Source of the DNA: the human T2T-CHM13v2.0 reference genome, Homo sapiens
Length of the DNA stretch: 64,000 nucleotides
Reading direction: 5' to 3' (one strand)
Assembly: GCF_009914755.1 (NCBI RefSeq)
Contig: NC_060941.1
The notes beneath the pieces were generated by a model, which worked only from the letters and a program-made list of their open reading frames with translations, was not told where the DNA came from and did no database searches. A program made the position numbers and the translations under genes. Below, piece after piece: positions 33,332 through 54,224 of the stretch. Position 1 is the stretch's first letter; each line of letters begins with the position of its first letter.

Positions 33332-34614
33332 ATTGAGTTGGAAAGTCAAGACGTGAGTGAATTTAACCAAGTTTATTGGATGGTGCCAGTAGTCTCTGGA
33401 TGGCAAGGGTCCAAATTGTATGGTTCTATCTATGCGAATACCATAAATACACTCACCCATCCATCCCCATCTTCTCTCTCCCATTCATCTCTATCCATGC
33501 TCCCTTACCTCTGCCCCTAATCTTGCCTTGGTCCTTCAAATCCTTGGTTCCCATCATATGTCTGCAATTCACTGCAGGGCTGACACTTTCTCAAACTCTC
33601 AACCTGATAGAGCCTTAAATTAATAAGCTACCTGGTCTTCCCAGCTTCACTTTGGATGTACTGCAGAGTGGAGTCAAGGGTGTTTAGATCACAAACCCCT
33701 GGTTCTGGCTCCTGGATCTTGACAACAGTCATCACATAAATTTTCTAACAAGAGACACATCCGCATAATTAAACCAAAGATATCACAGACGCAGACACAT
33801 GCAAAGAGGGCAGGGCTGGGAGAAGGGAACCATTCATCAAAACCTCATCATAAATTCAAGTTGAAGGACTGAAAAGGAACAAAGCATGGATACTTCCCAA
33901 ACCCAGCAGCTGGACCTCTCACTGAAATCCTGAAATCACTGCAGCCCAACTCAACATCTGGGAGAGAATAAAATATAATAAAGACTTAAAAAGAACAGAC
34001 GCTGGGCAATTACCAGTTGAAGTGCGGATGGGGAATATAAATTCTCTGAGCGCCTAAAGACAGAAATATACATTGGCACATGGGTCTTAGGGCTGTGAAT
34101 TTCATCCAGCTGTAGCCACCATTCTTTCTCACTATGACTAATATTTCGTTAGCAAATGCACTTTCTAAGCAATGAACATAATTATGTTCAGGTTGACATG
34201 ACCTAAATTAGAGTGGCTGAATTTTTATTTATTCGACATCAGCAGTGAAGTAAAATGTCCAAAAGGATTTTGATGCTGAATCAAAGTACCAAAGAATGTT
34301 GGGAATAACATTCTATTTAGAATTGGAAGATCTGGGTAGAAGTCCTATCTAGTCCATGTATACATTGTGTGAGACTGGGCAATATTGAATCTCCTAAATG
34401 TGGACACAAATTTGAAATGGAGATAAAACCTACCTCCAGAGTTTTAATGAGGATTAAATTAGGTAATATATCTTCAAAACTCCTGCCACATTGCTTTCGG
34501 TTTCTTCACCTGTAAAATTGGAGCAATACTTGCATAAGAGGGTTAGGTTGTAAGGATTCCTTAGCTTATGATACTAATTAAGATACTCTTGGTTGTAACA
34601 GACAGTGGGATTTA

Positions 34615-34977
<363 letters not shown>

Positions 34978-35566
34978 TGTATTGAGTTATTCTAGCTAAT
35001 GAGAAAGCAGACGGTAAGTGATTCCAGGGTAGGATCAATGACATCAGTGATGAGTAATATCAAGGCATTGAGTCTAAGTCTCTGCAACCCATGTGGCTCC
35101 TCCCTCATGGTGGCAAGATGGTTGCATCAGCTCCAAGCATCAGGTCTTCACACCAGAGTGCCCAAAGCATGAAAGGAGAAGAGTTTTTTCCACACATCTC
35201 TCTTATCAAGGAGGAGAACATTGCTCCCCCGACACATTTTCTGTTACATCTCATTGGCCAGAACTGAACCATGGCAATTTTTTGCTGGGAAGGAGCCTGG
35301 GGAAATAAATACCCAGCATTTCCAAAAGCTAGCATGAAGAGCCACCTCTAGCAGCAGGGAAAAAGGGGGAGAAAAATGACATTGGGGTGGGAAACACACT
35401 GGGTCTGCCCCTGTAATGGATGTGGAGTGTCTACCGTGATGGGCCCCATGGTCAATGGAGTAACATTCATTGAGCACCAGCTGTGTGCCAGCTATGGTTT
35501 GTAGACCTTTAGAGGGATCACCTCATTTCATCCTCTCAACAATCCTTGAGAAAGTACTACTATTAG

Positions 35567-35881
<315 letters not shown>

Positions 35882-36824
35882 TGAGGCACAGAAAATTTCA
35901 TCCACTTTAGCTCAAGGCTATGCAACTAGTGAGTTGGCACAAAGATATCCACACCTGAGTCAGAGCAGGTTGAGTCTTCAAACTAGGTCCAAGGTGGATG
36001 CCTATCTCACTTCTCAGGTCTTGTTTGTTCTGATTCTCACCTCGAACTCAAGTGGATTTGAGTTTCTACCTGTGTATCTTAGTGATGAGTATGTTTGTGA
36101 AACATTTCCATAAAGTCATGAGATCTCCTAAACTGTTCCTAAATTTATTTACACGTTCATATTGTGATGATTGTTGTGGAGTGGAGGCCTCAAGGCTCAG
36201 GCTTACCTGGACCACAAGGTCAGTGACCTGGGCCCATATCAGGACTGATTTGTGCCCATCACTTTCCATGGGGTCTGACAGATTTTCTCCAGAGAGGCGG
36301 GTGGTAAGCTGTGGTCACAACCAGGGTTTATCTTATGCTTTGTTAACTGGGCAGGGAGGCTACTGGAAGGAAGTCCCCAAGTATGGACCGCAGGGCACTT
36401 GGGAGAGAATACGAGCCTGGCACAAGGAGCTGGGCTCAGCCACACGGCCTGAAGGTTTTGGGTGTGGCTTGTTGGCTGTTACTTGGCCCTGTCCCTGAGG
36501 AACAGAAGCACTTTGACTGTGACCTCAGGGCCAAGGGAGTAGAGCAGTGAGGAGAGGGGGACCTTCCTAAACCTCCCTGGAGAACAAAAGCAACCTCAGC
36601 ACTTCGGCGCAGAGCAGAGCAGACCTGGGACGATGCCTGGAGCAAAGCAGCTGCTGGTGCCCATTGGAGTGTCCCAGAGCTTGGGGAGAAACAGTGCAAG
36701 GTGCACAACCAGCTGTGGACAAAAGTCTGTTCTCAACCTCCTACTGTGTGCCAGGCTCTGGCTGGCATGGTCCGTGTCAACAGATTGCCTGACAAGGGAG
36801 AGGAGCTTAGAAACAGCGTGTTGA

Positions 36825-37028
36825 CGGTGAAACCCCGTCTCTACTAAAAATACAAAAAAAAAAATTAGCCAGGCATGGTGGTGGGCACCTGTAGTCCCAG
36901 CTACTCGGGAGGCTCATGCAGGAGAATGGCGTGAACTCCAGAGGCGGAGCTTGCAGTGAGTCGAGATTGCGCCACTGCACTCCAGCCTGGGCGACAGAGT
37001 GAGACTCCGTCTCAAAAAAAAAAAAAAA
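36825..37028 (+). mobile_element. 5'-truncated AluY
   Basis: Perfect 16-bp TSD AGAAACAGCGTGTTGA (36809-36824 / 37029-37044); Y diagnostics. Confidence 0.9.
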
Positions 37029-37299
37029 AGAAACAGCGTGTTGAGCACTATGATGGGGGAAGTGCAGGGTATGAAGAGCGCCTCCAGGAGGGCCAGGCAT
37101 CTAACTGGGCTTGGGGAAGATTCTGGAAGTGTGAAGAACTGTAATAGAAGATGAAACATGGCTCCACCAGTATCATCCTGAAGACAAAACACAGTCATAG
37201 CAATGACTACCAAAAGATGGAAATGAAGACTAGTTGAGAGCAAAGTCCATGGCAGTAGTTTTTTTGGGATACTCAAGGCATTTTTGTTGGATTTATTAG

Positions 37300-37780
<481 letters not shown>

Positions 37781-37953
37781 TGAAATTTTAATACCACAGA
37801 GATATTGTATGTCTGTTTGCTTATTGTACATACATCTGTGCTTTATACACGAAAAGTACAATTTTTTACTTCCCAAGAACCAATTTCTGTCCCTTTGGTG
37901 GCAATATTTCCCCCCACTGAGAATGTAGTTTTCTAAAAGAATAAGCCCAATTT

Positions 37954-38598
37954 TCTTAGTCCATTCCTGCTGCTATAACATAATACTTCAGATTGGGTAA
38001 TTTATAAATAATATAAATTTGTTTCTCAGAGTTCTGGAGGCTGGGAAGTCTAGGGTCAAGGTGCCAGCAGGCATTGCTTTGGGCCAGGTGTGGTGGCTCA
38101 CGCCCGTAATCCCAACACTTTGGGAGGCGAGGCAGGTGGATCACCTGAGGTCAGGAGTTCAAGACCAGCCTGGCCAACATGGTGAAACCCCGTCTTCACT
38201 AAAAACACAAAAATTAGCCGGGCGGTGGTGGCCCATGCTTGTAATCCCAGCTACTCAGGAGGCTGAGGCAAGAGAATCACTTGAGCCCAGAGGCAGAGGT
38301 TGCAGTGAGCCGAGATCATGCCATTCCACTCCAGCCTGGGTGACAAGAGCAAAACTCCGTTTCAAAAAAAAAAAAAACGTGCCAGCTGATTTGGTGTCTG
38401 GTGAAGGCTTGCTCTCTGCTTCCAAGACTGTGCCTTGCTGAGTCCTTACTTAGCAGGAGGGCAAAAGGGGTACAATTAGGATCCCTCCTTTTACAAGAGC
38501 ACTAAATCGCTTCCCATAGGCCTCTTAGTACCAGCACTTTGCGGGTTAAGTTCCAACATATGAAGTTTAGGGAGATGCAAATATTTGGACTCTGGTAG
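37954..38598 (-). mobile_element. MaLR LTR with nested Alu (38082-38377, +)
   Basis: cttagtccatt...gttctggaggctgggaagtc; Alu TSD gtgccagc-like. Confidence 0.75.
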
Positions 38599-38754
38599 CT
38601 ATGCTCTTCGTGTAAAGCCATTAAATCATTTCTGAGGCATGTTTAGTTGATCCATTTAATCTGGTGGCTGTGGTGGTGTCGCAGTGACATGGCTAGCTGG
38701 AAAGTTACAGCATGGATGAAGGGTACACCTAATGGAAGCCTGTAAGTCAATGGT

Positions 38755-39296
38755 TGGATCAGTTCTCTATCATTTCATAACAATTACCCTGAAGCTTAGT
38801 AGCACACACATCATCTCTTTTCTGTGGGTGAAGAACCTTAGTATGGTTTAGTTGGGTGCTCATGCTCAGGGTGTCTCACAGGTTGCAATTGAGGTGTCCG
38901 TCAGTTCAACTGGGGAGGGTCTGTCTGCTTTCAAGTTCACCCCGTGGTAGTTGGCAGAGCTCAGTTCCTTATAGGTGAGTGGACTAAGGACCTCAGTTAG
39001 TTGCTGACTGTTGTCTTCAGGCTGTCCTCAGTCCCTCCTTCACATATGAGCCTTCCCATGGGGCAGCTGGCAACATAGCAACTTGCTTCATCAGTGTGAA
39101 TGAGAGTGGGGAGAGAATGGAGAGAAAGAGAGATAGGGATGGGGAAAGCAGCAGAGGGAGAGAAGGAGAGAGGGAATTTGACCAAGACAGAAGTCACAGT
39201 CTTTAGAAGCAAGGCACTCTGGAGAGGCGATTGCACAAGGTGTGAATAGCAAGAGGCAGGATCATCACTGAGAGCCTTTCAGAAGCTGCCTACCAT
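38755..39296 (-). mobile_element. MLT1 (MaLR) LTR
   Basis: ctcagttcctt...ggactaaggacctcagt...agaagctgcctacca. Confidence 0.7.
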
Positions 39297-39551
39297 GATG
39301 GTCAAGCCAAAGTCAGGAAACACACAAGTCACAAAAGCCATTGGTGGTCTAGGTTGGGTGGATGATCAACAATTGGGCAGGCAGCCAGGACCTGTCCTTA
39401 AGGCAAATCCATGGGCCAAGAGCAGAAAGGTGGCATGGAATCAGTGGTCAACAGGAGTCCGAATTCCAAGCAAGGCACTGAGTCAAGTCAAGGAGGATAC
39501 CAAGGACTCTGGGAGCAATCCCTGGCCAAGCAGCCCAGGCAACAGAGATGA

Positions 39552-39886
<335 letters not shown>

Positions 39887-40069
39887 TGGAAGATTCTAAA
39901 GCTAGGTAATGGCTTTGTCAGCCAGGAAGCCTCTTACACACCAATTCCCTGATAAAAACTGCCCCCAGACCCTGGTAGTTCTAGGGCCTGGAGGTGAGAG
40001 CAGTGATCTTCTTTAGGAAGCTGTGAGAATTGAGCATCCTAGAGACAGAGCTCAGAGCAAATGGGGAAG

Positions 40070-40690
40070 CAGCACAGGGAAGATTCTAGAAACAGACAGG
40101 TGGGCTTTGAATGCCAGCCCAGCTACTCACTGGTTGTGTGGTGTTAGGTGAGTAAATTGACTCTAAACCTGAGTTTTCTGTTCTCTGAATAATCCTCAAT
40201 TCATAGTAAGGCTGACAAAGATGGAATAGGATACTAAAATCTTAGTACAGTGTCTGCTACAGAGCAAGCATTCAATAAATGTTTATTATTGCTATAATTC
40301 TTATTATATAAAGGTAATATATTTAGGGGAAAAACAATGCAAACCTTAAAATCAAAATAACACCATCAACAAGAGCCTAATATTCTCTGATTGAGAAGAT
40401 GCCAATTCAAAATTTAACCCAATTTCTTATTTACTAATAAAGGGTGGCAGGCAGTATGGGAATCACAATTGCTGAAGGGCTATTTCATGTCAGGCATTGC
40501 TCTAGGTGCCTTGTAAAGCTAACTTCATGCCATCCTTTCAACCAGCATGCAAAAGTGGAGTTGGTATTCCCATGTTATAGACGAAGCAACAGAGACTCAG
40601 AAAAGTTGAGTGAGTTGCTGAAGGTCACACAGTTAATAGGAGATAGAAGTGGACATTAGATACAGGCCAGTTGGATTCCAAATCCCAAGG
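40070..40690. mobile_element. Two MIR fragments
   Basis: MIR core motifs in opposite orientations. Confidence 0.55.
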
Positions 40691-41250
40691 CCATCGATCC
40701 TATTTTATGTTAACATGGTTGGGTGGAGATGTTAACCAGAGCCTACACAGCTTACTCATGACATAGGGAGGAGCTGAAGAGTGAGTCCAGGTTGCAGAAT
40801 ATGTGACAAGAGGAGCCAAGGAATCAGTCAACTCCCAAGGGCAAAAGAATGATGTTTTCATTCATTACCATTCAGGAAAGAAAACATATTTCTCCTTAGG
40901 AAATCAGAGTCAGAATCCAAGATAGTGAAGAACCAACACAATAATATTTTGGACCTTATTAATAGGTATCAGTTCTTTAATATTTGAGTTTCCCCTGGGA
41001 AGGAATAATCTCTCCTCCAGTGCATTTTCACCCATGAACAGACCTAATTTTACGTCTAGTATCCAGAAGGCTTCTGGGCTTCTAAAGAGGTTTCCACCCT
41101 GGATGGACAATTCTCTAACACTATTTTTTAGCTACCACAGCTCGATCAAAATACTCTCTATGGATGTATATATACTAAAGATCACTGCCAATTGTAGCCA
41201 TAACAGTCAAGTTTCTTAGTTGCAGAAAAGTTTGAGCAGAAAGGGATTTA

Positions 41251-41676
<426 letters not shown>

Positions 41677-41702
41677 TTAAATTCTGTATTGGAAGATGTT
41701 TG

Positions 41703-41987
41703 GGACTGAGTGCAGTGGCTCACTCCTATAATCCCAGCAACTTGGGAGGCCAAGAAGGGTGAATTACTTAAGCTCAGGAGTTCGAGACCAGCTGAGGCAA
41801 CATGATGAAACCTCGTCTCTATAAAAAATAGAAAAATTAGCTGGGCGTTCTGACGTGCAGCTGTAGTCCCAGGTACTGGGGAGGCTGAGGTGGGAGGATC
41901 GCTTGATTCTGGGAGGTGGAAGTTGCAGTGAGCCAAGATCATGCCTGGGTGACAGAGTAAGACCTTGTCTGAAAAAAAAAAAAAAAA
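41703..41987 (+). mobile_element. AluJ
   Basis: Dimeric Alu. Confidence 0.85.
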
Positions 41988-42279
41988 GTGCCTGGAATTT
42001 GCTTCAAAAGAATATGGAAATGGAGAGTAGGGGTACAGATGAAAATAAATTGACACAAGTTAATAATTATTGAAGCTAAAACAGGTGCACGAGGTTTCTT
42101 TTCACTGGTCTATTTTGTTAAAATAAATTTATTGAGATATAACTTAATGAGTACAGCGGACATTTAGTGCTACACTAAAAGCCCAGACTTTATCACTATG
42201 CAGTATATCCGTGTAACAAAATTGCTCTTGTATTCCTTAAAATTTTACAAATAAGATTTTAAAAGGGGAAAGAGAAAAA

Positions 42280-44480
<2,201 letters not shown>

Positions 44481-44535
44481 CTATCTATGTTTGTGTATGG
44501 TGAGGCTTCCCGTAATAAAACCTTAAGAAAAGGCA

Positions 44536-44855
44536 GGCTGAGCATGGTGGCTCACGCCTGTAATCACAACAGTTTGGGAGGCCAAGGTGGGTGGATCGTT
44601 TGAGGTCAGGAATTTAAAACCAGCTTGGCCAACATGATAAAACCCCGCCTCTATTAAAAACACAAAAATTAGCTGGGCTTGGTGGTGGATGCCTGCAGTC
44701 CCAGCTACTCGGGAGGCTGAGGCAGGAGAATCACTTGAACCTGGGAGGCAAGGTGGCAGTGAGCAGAGATCGCACCACTGCACTCCAGCCTGGGCAACAG
44801 AGCGAGACTTTGTCTCAAAGGAAAAAAAAAAAAAAAAGAAAGAAAGAAAAGAAAA
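44536..44855 (+). mobile_element. AluS
   Basis: TSD aagaaaaggca. Confidence 0.9.
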
Positions 44856-45265
44856 GGCATTGAAAAAAAGTTACATACTAGGTAGGAACTGCTTTTCATT
44901 GCTAATGACTTCTACCTAAATAAGAGTGTTTTTAGCACTCTTACGTTTGGTTTTTAAATTTATTCACTTTAAGTAAAAGAAGTTCAGAAGTAGGCAGAGC
45001 TGATACGGCCATTCTATTCTATCTATAATTGTTATTGACCCAGAATCCTACTATCTGTTTGTTGCAACATTCCTACATGTGGCATCTATCCTCAAGGTTA
45101 CCATGGTCACAATGTAGTAGCTGGAGCACCAGCAACACCTTTGCATTCTGAGCAGGAAGAAGAAAAGTTAAAAAAAAAAAAAAAAAGCCGGGGGTTGGGG
45201 AGCGGTGAGAAGGAGAGTCATCCCTTTGAACAACTTTTCCCCGAAGCTAATTTAAAGACTTGAGT

Positions 45266-45585
<320 letters not shown>

Positions 45586-46621
45586 TTTAAACACTTGAGT
45601 TTATAACCCATTGGCTATTCCCGTAGTAGGGAGGCTGGGTACATTAACATATTCATCAGTACAAGGGTCCTAACATTAAATTAAATGAGGATGCATGGTG
45701 GATATCAAGTAGCCAAGGCAGCTGGCTGTGGTGCAGGGTGCCACTTGGCCACCCACTACCGATTTTTAGTCCTCTTAGTGGCAAATAGGATTGTGGGATT
45801 AGATGAGCCAAGTATTGCTAGAGCTTCCAAGTTCTAGAGACTTGAATTCTACATTTAATATAAACTCTCCAGATTTTTCAATGCTGGTAACCAATCCAAA
45901 AAAACAAAAGTTTAACCTTGTCTGGGCCAAACACAGTACTTCTGTGGCCCGTGTTCCACTTCGTGCTGCCTGTTGACATCCTCTGCTTTTGGGTGAACAT
46001 TAGAGCTCTTGAGACACCTGAAGGGCCCAGGAGTGGTATTACAATTCCCCTGTGTGGCTCCGAGCCAGTGGGTAGAAGTCACGAGGAAGTAGATCTTGGC
46101 TCAACTTTAGGAAGAACTCTATCTGCAGAGCTGTCAAAAACAGAAGGAGCTGCCTGGGGAGGTAGGAAGCTCTCTGTTGCTAGAGGTGTTTGAGCAGATG
46201 CCAGAGAAGAACTTGGCAATGATTTCTAAGGTCCTCCCAACCCCAAGAGTCTCTGAGGCTATAAGAAAATTACTGTGATGACTACTGCTGCTTCGATGAC
46301 TCACTGAAAGGAGGATCCTGCAGGAGGCAAATGGAGGATGAGACGCCACACATCTGGATTGTTAAGGAGCTAGCAACCCACCAGCTGTGGTGTCCTACCC
46401 TGCAAATGACAAGGCAGAGGGAAATGGGAAATGCCCTCACCGTGGGGATGACCTCTATTCAACGTAGCCTGTAGGGTAGCAAAGAGTTCTTTCCCAAATA
46501 TTTACAAGCACGATTTGATTCATCTCCATGCACTGCATAGGGATACACAACAGATACGTAGCTTTTCTTATGCAGGATGATTCAGGTTACTAAACTACAC
46601 TCCTTTATTTACTCCTGCTTT

Positions 46622-46790
46622 CAGGGCTGGCTTTCTGGTATGCGACCTGTGCAGGTGTAGAGGGCCCTGCATGCAGAAGGACCTGATGCTTGGTGTAATG
46701 CTCCGCTGTTACCATCTTAAAATTCTCAGTTTTGAAAAAGGGGTCTCATATTTTCATTTTTCCCTGGCCCCTGCAGTTATGCAGTGGGTA
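46622..46790. mobile_element. MER91-like hAT relic
   Basis: cagggctggcttt...ttttcattttccctggccc similarity. Confidence 0.5.
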
Positions 46791-46824
46791 CTCCACACTT
46801 TTACTCAAAATGTATTCAGTGTAG

Positions 46825-47106
<282 letters not shown>

Positions 47107-47313
47107 AAAATTTATATCTTTCAGGCCACTGCATTATGGGAGTTTTTCGTTAGCCTACTTGACCAAATACAATAAACAAACAGGAGTTAATTAAGCGAAA
47201 AAAAGGAAGAGAAGGCAGACTCCAAAGAGCCCAGTCCAGGGAGAACGTGGCATATTCAGGGAACTGGGAATGGTTCAAGATGCTTGACACTCTGGCTGTG
47301 GGAGGGAGAGTGG

Positions 47314-48001
<688 letters not shown>

Positions 48002-48135
48002 TGTGGGCCATGTCACCAAGAACCTTGGATGCCAGGCATGGAGCCTGGATATCATCCACTGGACTGTGGGAAATCAAGTCGGGCACTGACATCCTTTTTG
48101 TTTTGCCAGCTTGGGTTGCAACCTGTGCTAAGGTT

Positions 48136-48524
48136 TGCTATGGTTTATATATTTGTCTCCTCCAAACCTCATGTTGAAATTTGATCCCTATTTTGGAGAT
48201 GGTACCTAATGGGAAGTGCTTGGATCATGGGGTTTGGTGCCATTCTTGAGGTAGTGAGTTCTCGGTCTCATGAGATTGCACTTGGGGAGGGGGGTGTGTT
48301 ATGAAGCCAGGATGCCCTTCAGGTTTAGTTTCTCTTCTTAAACGTCTGCTTCCGCTTTGACCTTCTCTGCCACATTTTAACTCAGCACAGAAGCACTCTC
48401 CAGAAGCCAAGCAGATGCCGACACCATGTCTCTTGTACAACCTGCAGAAGTGGAAGCTGAATAAACCTACTTCTTTAGAAATTATTCTGCTTTGGGTATT
48501 CCCTACACAAAATGGACTAAGACA
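48136..48524 (+). mobile_element. MST (MaLR) LTR
   Basis: tgctatggttt...ctccaaacctcatgttgaaatttgatcc...atggactaagaca. Confidence 0.85.
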
Positions 48525-48667
48525 AGCTGCAGATTTTAAAATGTATGAAATGTTTCATAAGACTGGCTAATAATACAATGAGCGCTCATGCACCCACCAC
48601 CTAGCTTGAAAAACACATTGCAGATAAAGTCTCCAGCATTTCTTTCCTGATCCCATCTTCAGCTGAG

Positions 48668-49626
<959 letters not shown>

Positions 49627-50579
49627 TGAGTCTCTAGCCATTACCCACTTCTGCTGACTCATGTGCGGATAAATGGCACAGTCCAAATAAATTTGAAATA
49701 TGTGTCTGGAAGTTTTAAAGTTCTGAGAAGGACATTGAAGGATTTGGGGCTGTTCCATCTTTTCATCTGGCTGATGGCTGCGACTTTGGGGAGAAGAGAA
49801 AAGATGTTGGGAGTGAGCAGCTGGTGAGCAAAAGATGTTGATGGTGTTGGTGAGGATTTCATTTCCTGGGCCAGAGCCCAAGATGCTAGAGTACAAGGCT
49901 ACTGGCAAAACACAGAGAGTACCGCAAAGTCGGGGAAGAATGTGCTGGGCAGATTACCCAATGACATCAAAGGACACTTAAAAGATTTCTGTGGGCTACA
50001 TAGTAAACAGCTGTTGTTTTTGTCTGCTCAGCATTCTTTTGCCATCTTCTTTTAATAACCTCTTTATTTCTGAAGGAAAACCAGGCATTTTCATAGTCTA
50101 TGCAGCTGAAGAGGGTCGACACATCCTTTGGCTTCATGGGTGAATATGCAACTTGGTAAGAGTCTATCAAAATCTCAGTGATTTATTCAGAGGTGGACAC
50201 GTGACTCAGCCTGGACCAATGAGAGTTTTCTCTGGGACTTTGCTCAAATGATTAGGAATGAGATATGCTTTCTTAGAGTTGTTACGATGATAGCTAGCGT
50301 GAGACCGAGCTCGAATGAGACTGAGAATGAAATGAATACAGCAGAAAGCTGAGTCTAATGATGGAGAGACAGAAATTCCTGAAAACATTAGGGCACTTGG
50401 ATTTAGCCATGTCTGAAGCTAACCGTACCTCTTGGACTTTTTAGTTATGTGAATCTATACCTTTAAATTCTCTCTCTCCCATCAATCTGGTTTAATGTAA
50501 TTTCAGTTTGGTTACTGTAATGTACAATGATAGTTGAGAAAATGTAAAACAGTCTTTGTGATTAGAAAGAAACAGGATG

Positions 50580-51081
<502 letters not shown>

Positions 51082-52442
51082 TCATACTACTGAAAGAAGA
51101 AGAAAGCTATAATTTCATTAGCATCATTGCTACTTAGGAGGGGAATCATAACTGGAAAGTGACAATGGAAGGATGTATTTTATTTGAAAGATGCAAGTCC
51201 AATAGAAAGGGAATATTGTATAGCATTATCTGTGAGGAAGTTACTAAGTGGTCTGCCTGTCAGTATGGAAAGCTTTGGGGTCAGGAATAGGGAGGACAAC
51301 CACAGAAACAAGACTCCACCCAACATGGGGCCAGAGGAAGCCTGGAGAAGATGCTTTCCTAACACACATCCCCAAGCCATGAAAGAGTTTCATTAGGAAT
51401 TCCAGTTATGCAGACATAAGCTGGAATTCTTCTTTTGCTAAAGTTTAGAACATCTGATAAATTATTATCTTACTTTGCTAACAGTTTCTCAGAACACGGA
51501 AGTAGCAATGGAGTAAGCTGTTCTGTTTTCCTTTCTTTTAAAAACTATATTTTTCCCTTGAACATAAAAGAAAGACATACTTCTGGTGGAAGATTCGATA
51601 ATACAGTGGTGACACTCATACATCTATTCCTCAAAGATAAGCAATTGGATTTGTACTGTGTGCCGGATGTTGGCTAAGTATTTAATAAATAGGCTCATTT
51701 AATCTCTACAGCATTAAGAGGTGCATTCTTGTATGATCCTTAGTTTGTGGATAAGAAGACTGAGGTTTAGTAAAGCTAAAAAAAAATTCTCTGAGATCAC
51801 AGAGCCAAGTTGGTGCTAGAGCCAGGATTTGAACTAAGCCATCTGGGCTCTTAACCACTATACTACATTCTGTATTTGTGCTTCCACCTACATAAATTCC
51901 TTGTTATAGTGTATATTTATAATTTTGTAGCCTGTTTTTCCCTTTCACTTAATTTTATAATATAGGCAATTTCCCATTTTGTCAAAAACTCTTAAATTTT
52001 AAAAATTAAAATATTTATACTTATGTAAAGTAGACTACTCTAAGGGATGCCTATGGACCTATCACAGCTTCAACAATTACCAAACAGTCTTGTTTCCTCT
52101 ATCCACTCCTCACTCTATTATCTAAAGCAAATTGCAGACATTGTACCATTTTATCTGTAAATATATCAATATGTAATTTTAGTTATTCCTTAATATTCTG
52201 AGGTATCCAATCTGTGCTCGAACTTTCCAGATGTAAACATTATTGTAAATGTTATTCTAAATTTGGTTCTGAGGATACTTACGGAAGAATTGGTGGGTGA
52301 TGTGGAAGTATTAGAAGCTTTGAGCCAAAGTGACCCTGTCACTTTGGAGTTTGCAGTAGCAAACAAACAGAAAACGCTGCACTGCACAATGAGGAAACCA
52401 GATTTCCAGAAGTTCAGTAGAAAGAAAGATGTACAATTCCAC

Positions 52443-52968
52443 CTAGAACTGTATTGTTCCACGTAGTGGCACCAGTCATATGTCACTATTTACATCAAAA
52501 CTAATGAAAATTAAATAACATTTAAAATTCAGTCCCTAAATAACCACATGTGGCTTGTGGCTATCATATTAGATAGTGGAGATATAAGATATTTTATTTT
52601 ATTTTATTCTGTCTTTTTTCTTTTTTTGAGACAGGGTCTCGTTCTGTCGCCCACGCTGGAGTGCAGTGGCATGATCATGGTTCAATGTAGCCTCGACTTC
52701 CTGGGGCTCAAGCAATCCTCCCACCTCAGCCTCCTGAGTATATGGGACTACACAGGCATGCACCACCATGCCTGGCTAATTTTGTTTATTTTTTATAGAG
52801 ATGAGATCTCACTGTGTTGCCCAGGCTGGCCCCAAACTCCTGGACTCAAGTAATTCTCCTGCTTCTGCCTCCCAAAGTGCTAGGATTACAGGCATGAGCC
52901 ACCATGCCTGGCTGATATAAGATATTTTCACCATCACAAAAAGTTCCATTGAATGTAGCTGGTCTAGA
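52443..52968. mobile_element. MER3-like hAT element with nested antisense AluJ (52590-52912)
   Basis: ctag...taaccacatgtggcttgtggcta...ggtctag; Alu TSD gatataagatatttt. Confidence 0.7.
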
Positions 52969-53481
52969 CTTTAAGAAGGAATAGTATTTGCAAGAGGCAG
53001 GAGATTCCTACACAAAAAATGTCTGCATTTGTGATTGTCAAAGGGCTTGAGGAGTGCAGCTGCCACTCTGATCACAGAGGCCTCTGATCAGCTTAGCATT
53101 CAAGAGGAGGTGGAGCACACAGCTCAAGTCTCATTGCTTATTTATTTATTTAACTGCTTTAATTGAACAGGCCCCACTTAGCCATGTGCCAACAAGAAGT
53201 TTGCGTTATTTTTGTAACTCACTTCCTTTTTGCTAAAAAATCCCTTTTCACACTCAGCAGCGGAAAAACTGAAGTTAGCCCAGTCTTATAAATACCAGCC
53301 CTGTCCAGTCATTTCCAGTTTAAAATAGTTTCATTTCGAGTAAACATTTCACGCCGTTCAGGTATTTTTATCCTCCACCACTGTCTGGTTCAGAACCCCA
53401 CTCCGAGCTTGGGCATCAGAGGAGAGCTTTGTCCTTTGCTGTCTCTTCTCTTCCTCCTTGCAGCCCCTCAATAGCTGCTCC

Positions 53482-53499
53482 AAGTGTCCCCTAGTGGGA
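53482..53499 (-). promoter_or_regulatory. Candidate CTCF site (weaker)
   Basis: CCCACTAGGGGACAC, one core mismatch from consensus. Confidence 0.4.
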
Positions 53500-54224
53500 A
53501 GTGGAGAAGGGAGACCTCTCCTTTCTTGGCCAGGCCACGTTTCTCTATCTGACTGGGTCCTCAGTGTTATTTGGTTGCTTGATTGGCTCTACCTAGGTGA
53601 TGTCCCAGGTAGGATTCTGCTGTGATGTCATGCTCAGTATAAGTCGTGGCCCAGGTGATGTGTCTCTGTCCAAGGTCCTAAGCCCAGTGGACCTTCAAAG
53701 GCTAGTGGCCACGTTTTCAGAGCCGCAGCCACTCTAACTCCCATCAAGCAATTCCCTTTCTTACTCAACTGGCGTAACTATCCTGAGTTACCCAACTTTA
53801 CCTAGTTCATGGTGGAAACTTCATAGGCCCCCTTCTATGATGTTCCAGAGGATGCGGTATGATACTTGTTGTGCCCAGATGTGCCACCCCACAACTGCTC
53901 ACACAAGCTTCATGCTGGGCTCCACTATAGTTGAGTTGACAACTATTAATATGTACTTTAAGAAAATGAAGGAGTATGTGCTCTGGGTTTCAGACTCTCT
54001 TCTACCTCATAGGCACTTCCCTTGGAGTTCTCCAATTTTGAGGGACAGGTCAAGGGTCCCCGTAGCACATGATTGAAGATATAATTACTTCAGAAGGAAT
54101 CTTGCTCCCTCTCAAAGATGAGCCCTTATCCCTTCTTGTCCTCTCTTCTTTTTCCTTATCTCTTCCTGGTGCTAAAAGCAACTAACCCAGTTTAGATGTG
54201 TATTTTGGTATCTATTTTTGAAAG

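Noticed and set aside
35339-35356. CTCF-like GCCACCTCTAGCAG
   Set aside because: Too many core mismatches.
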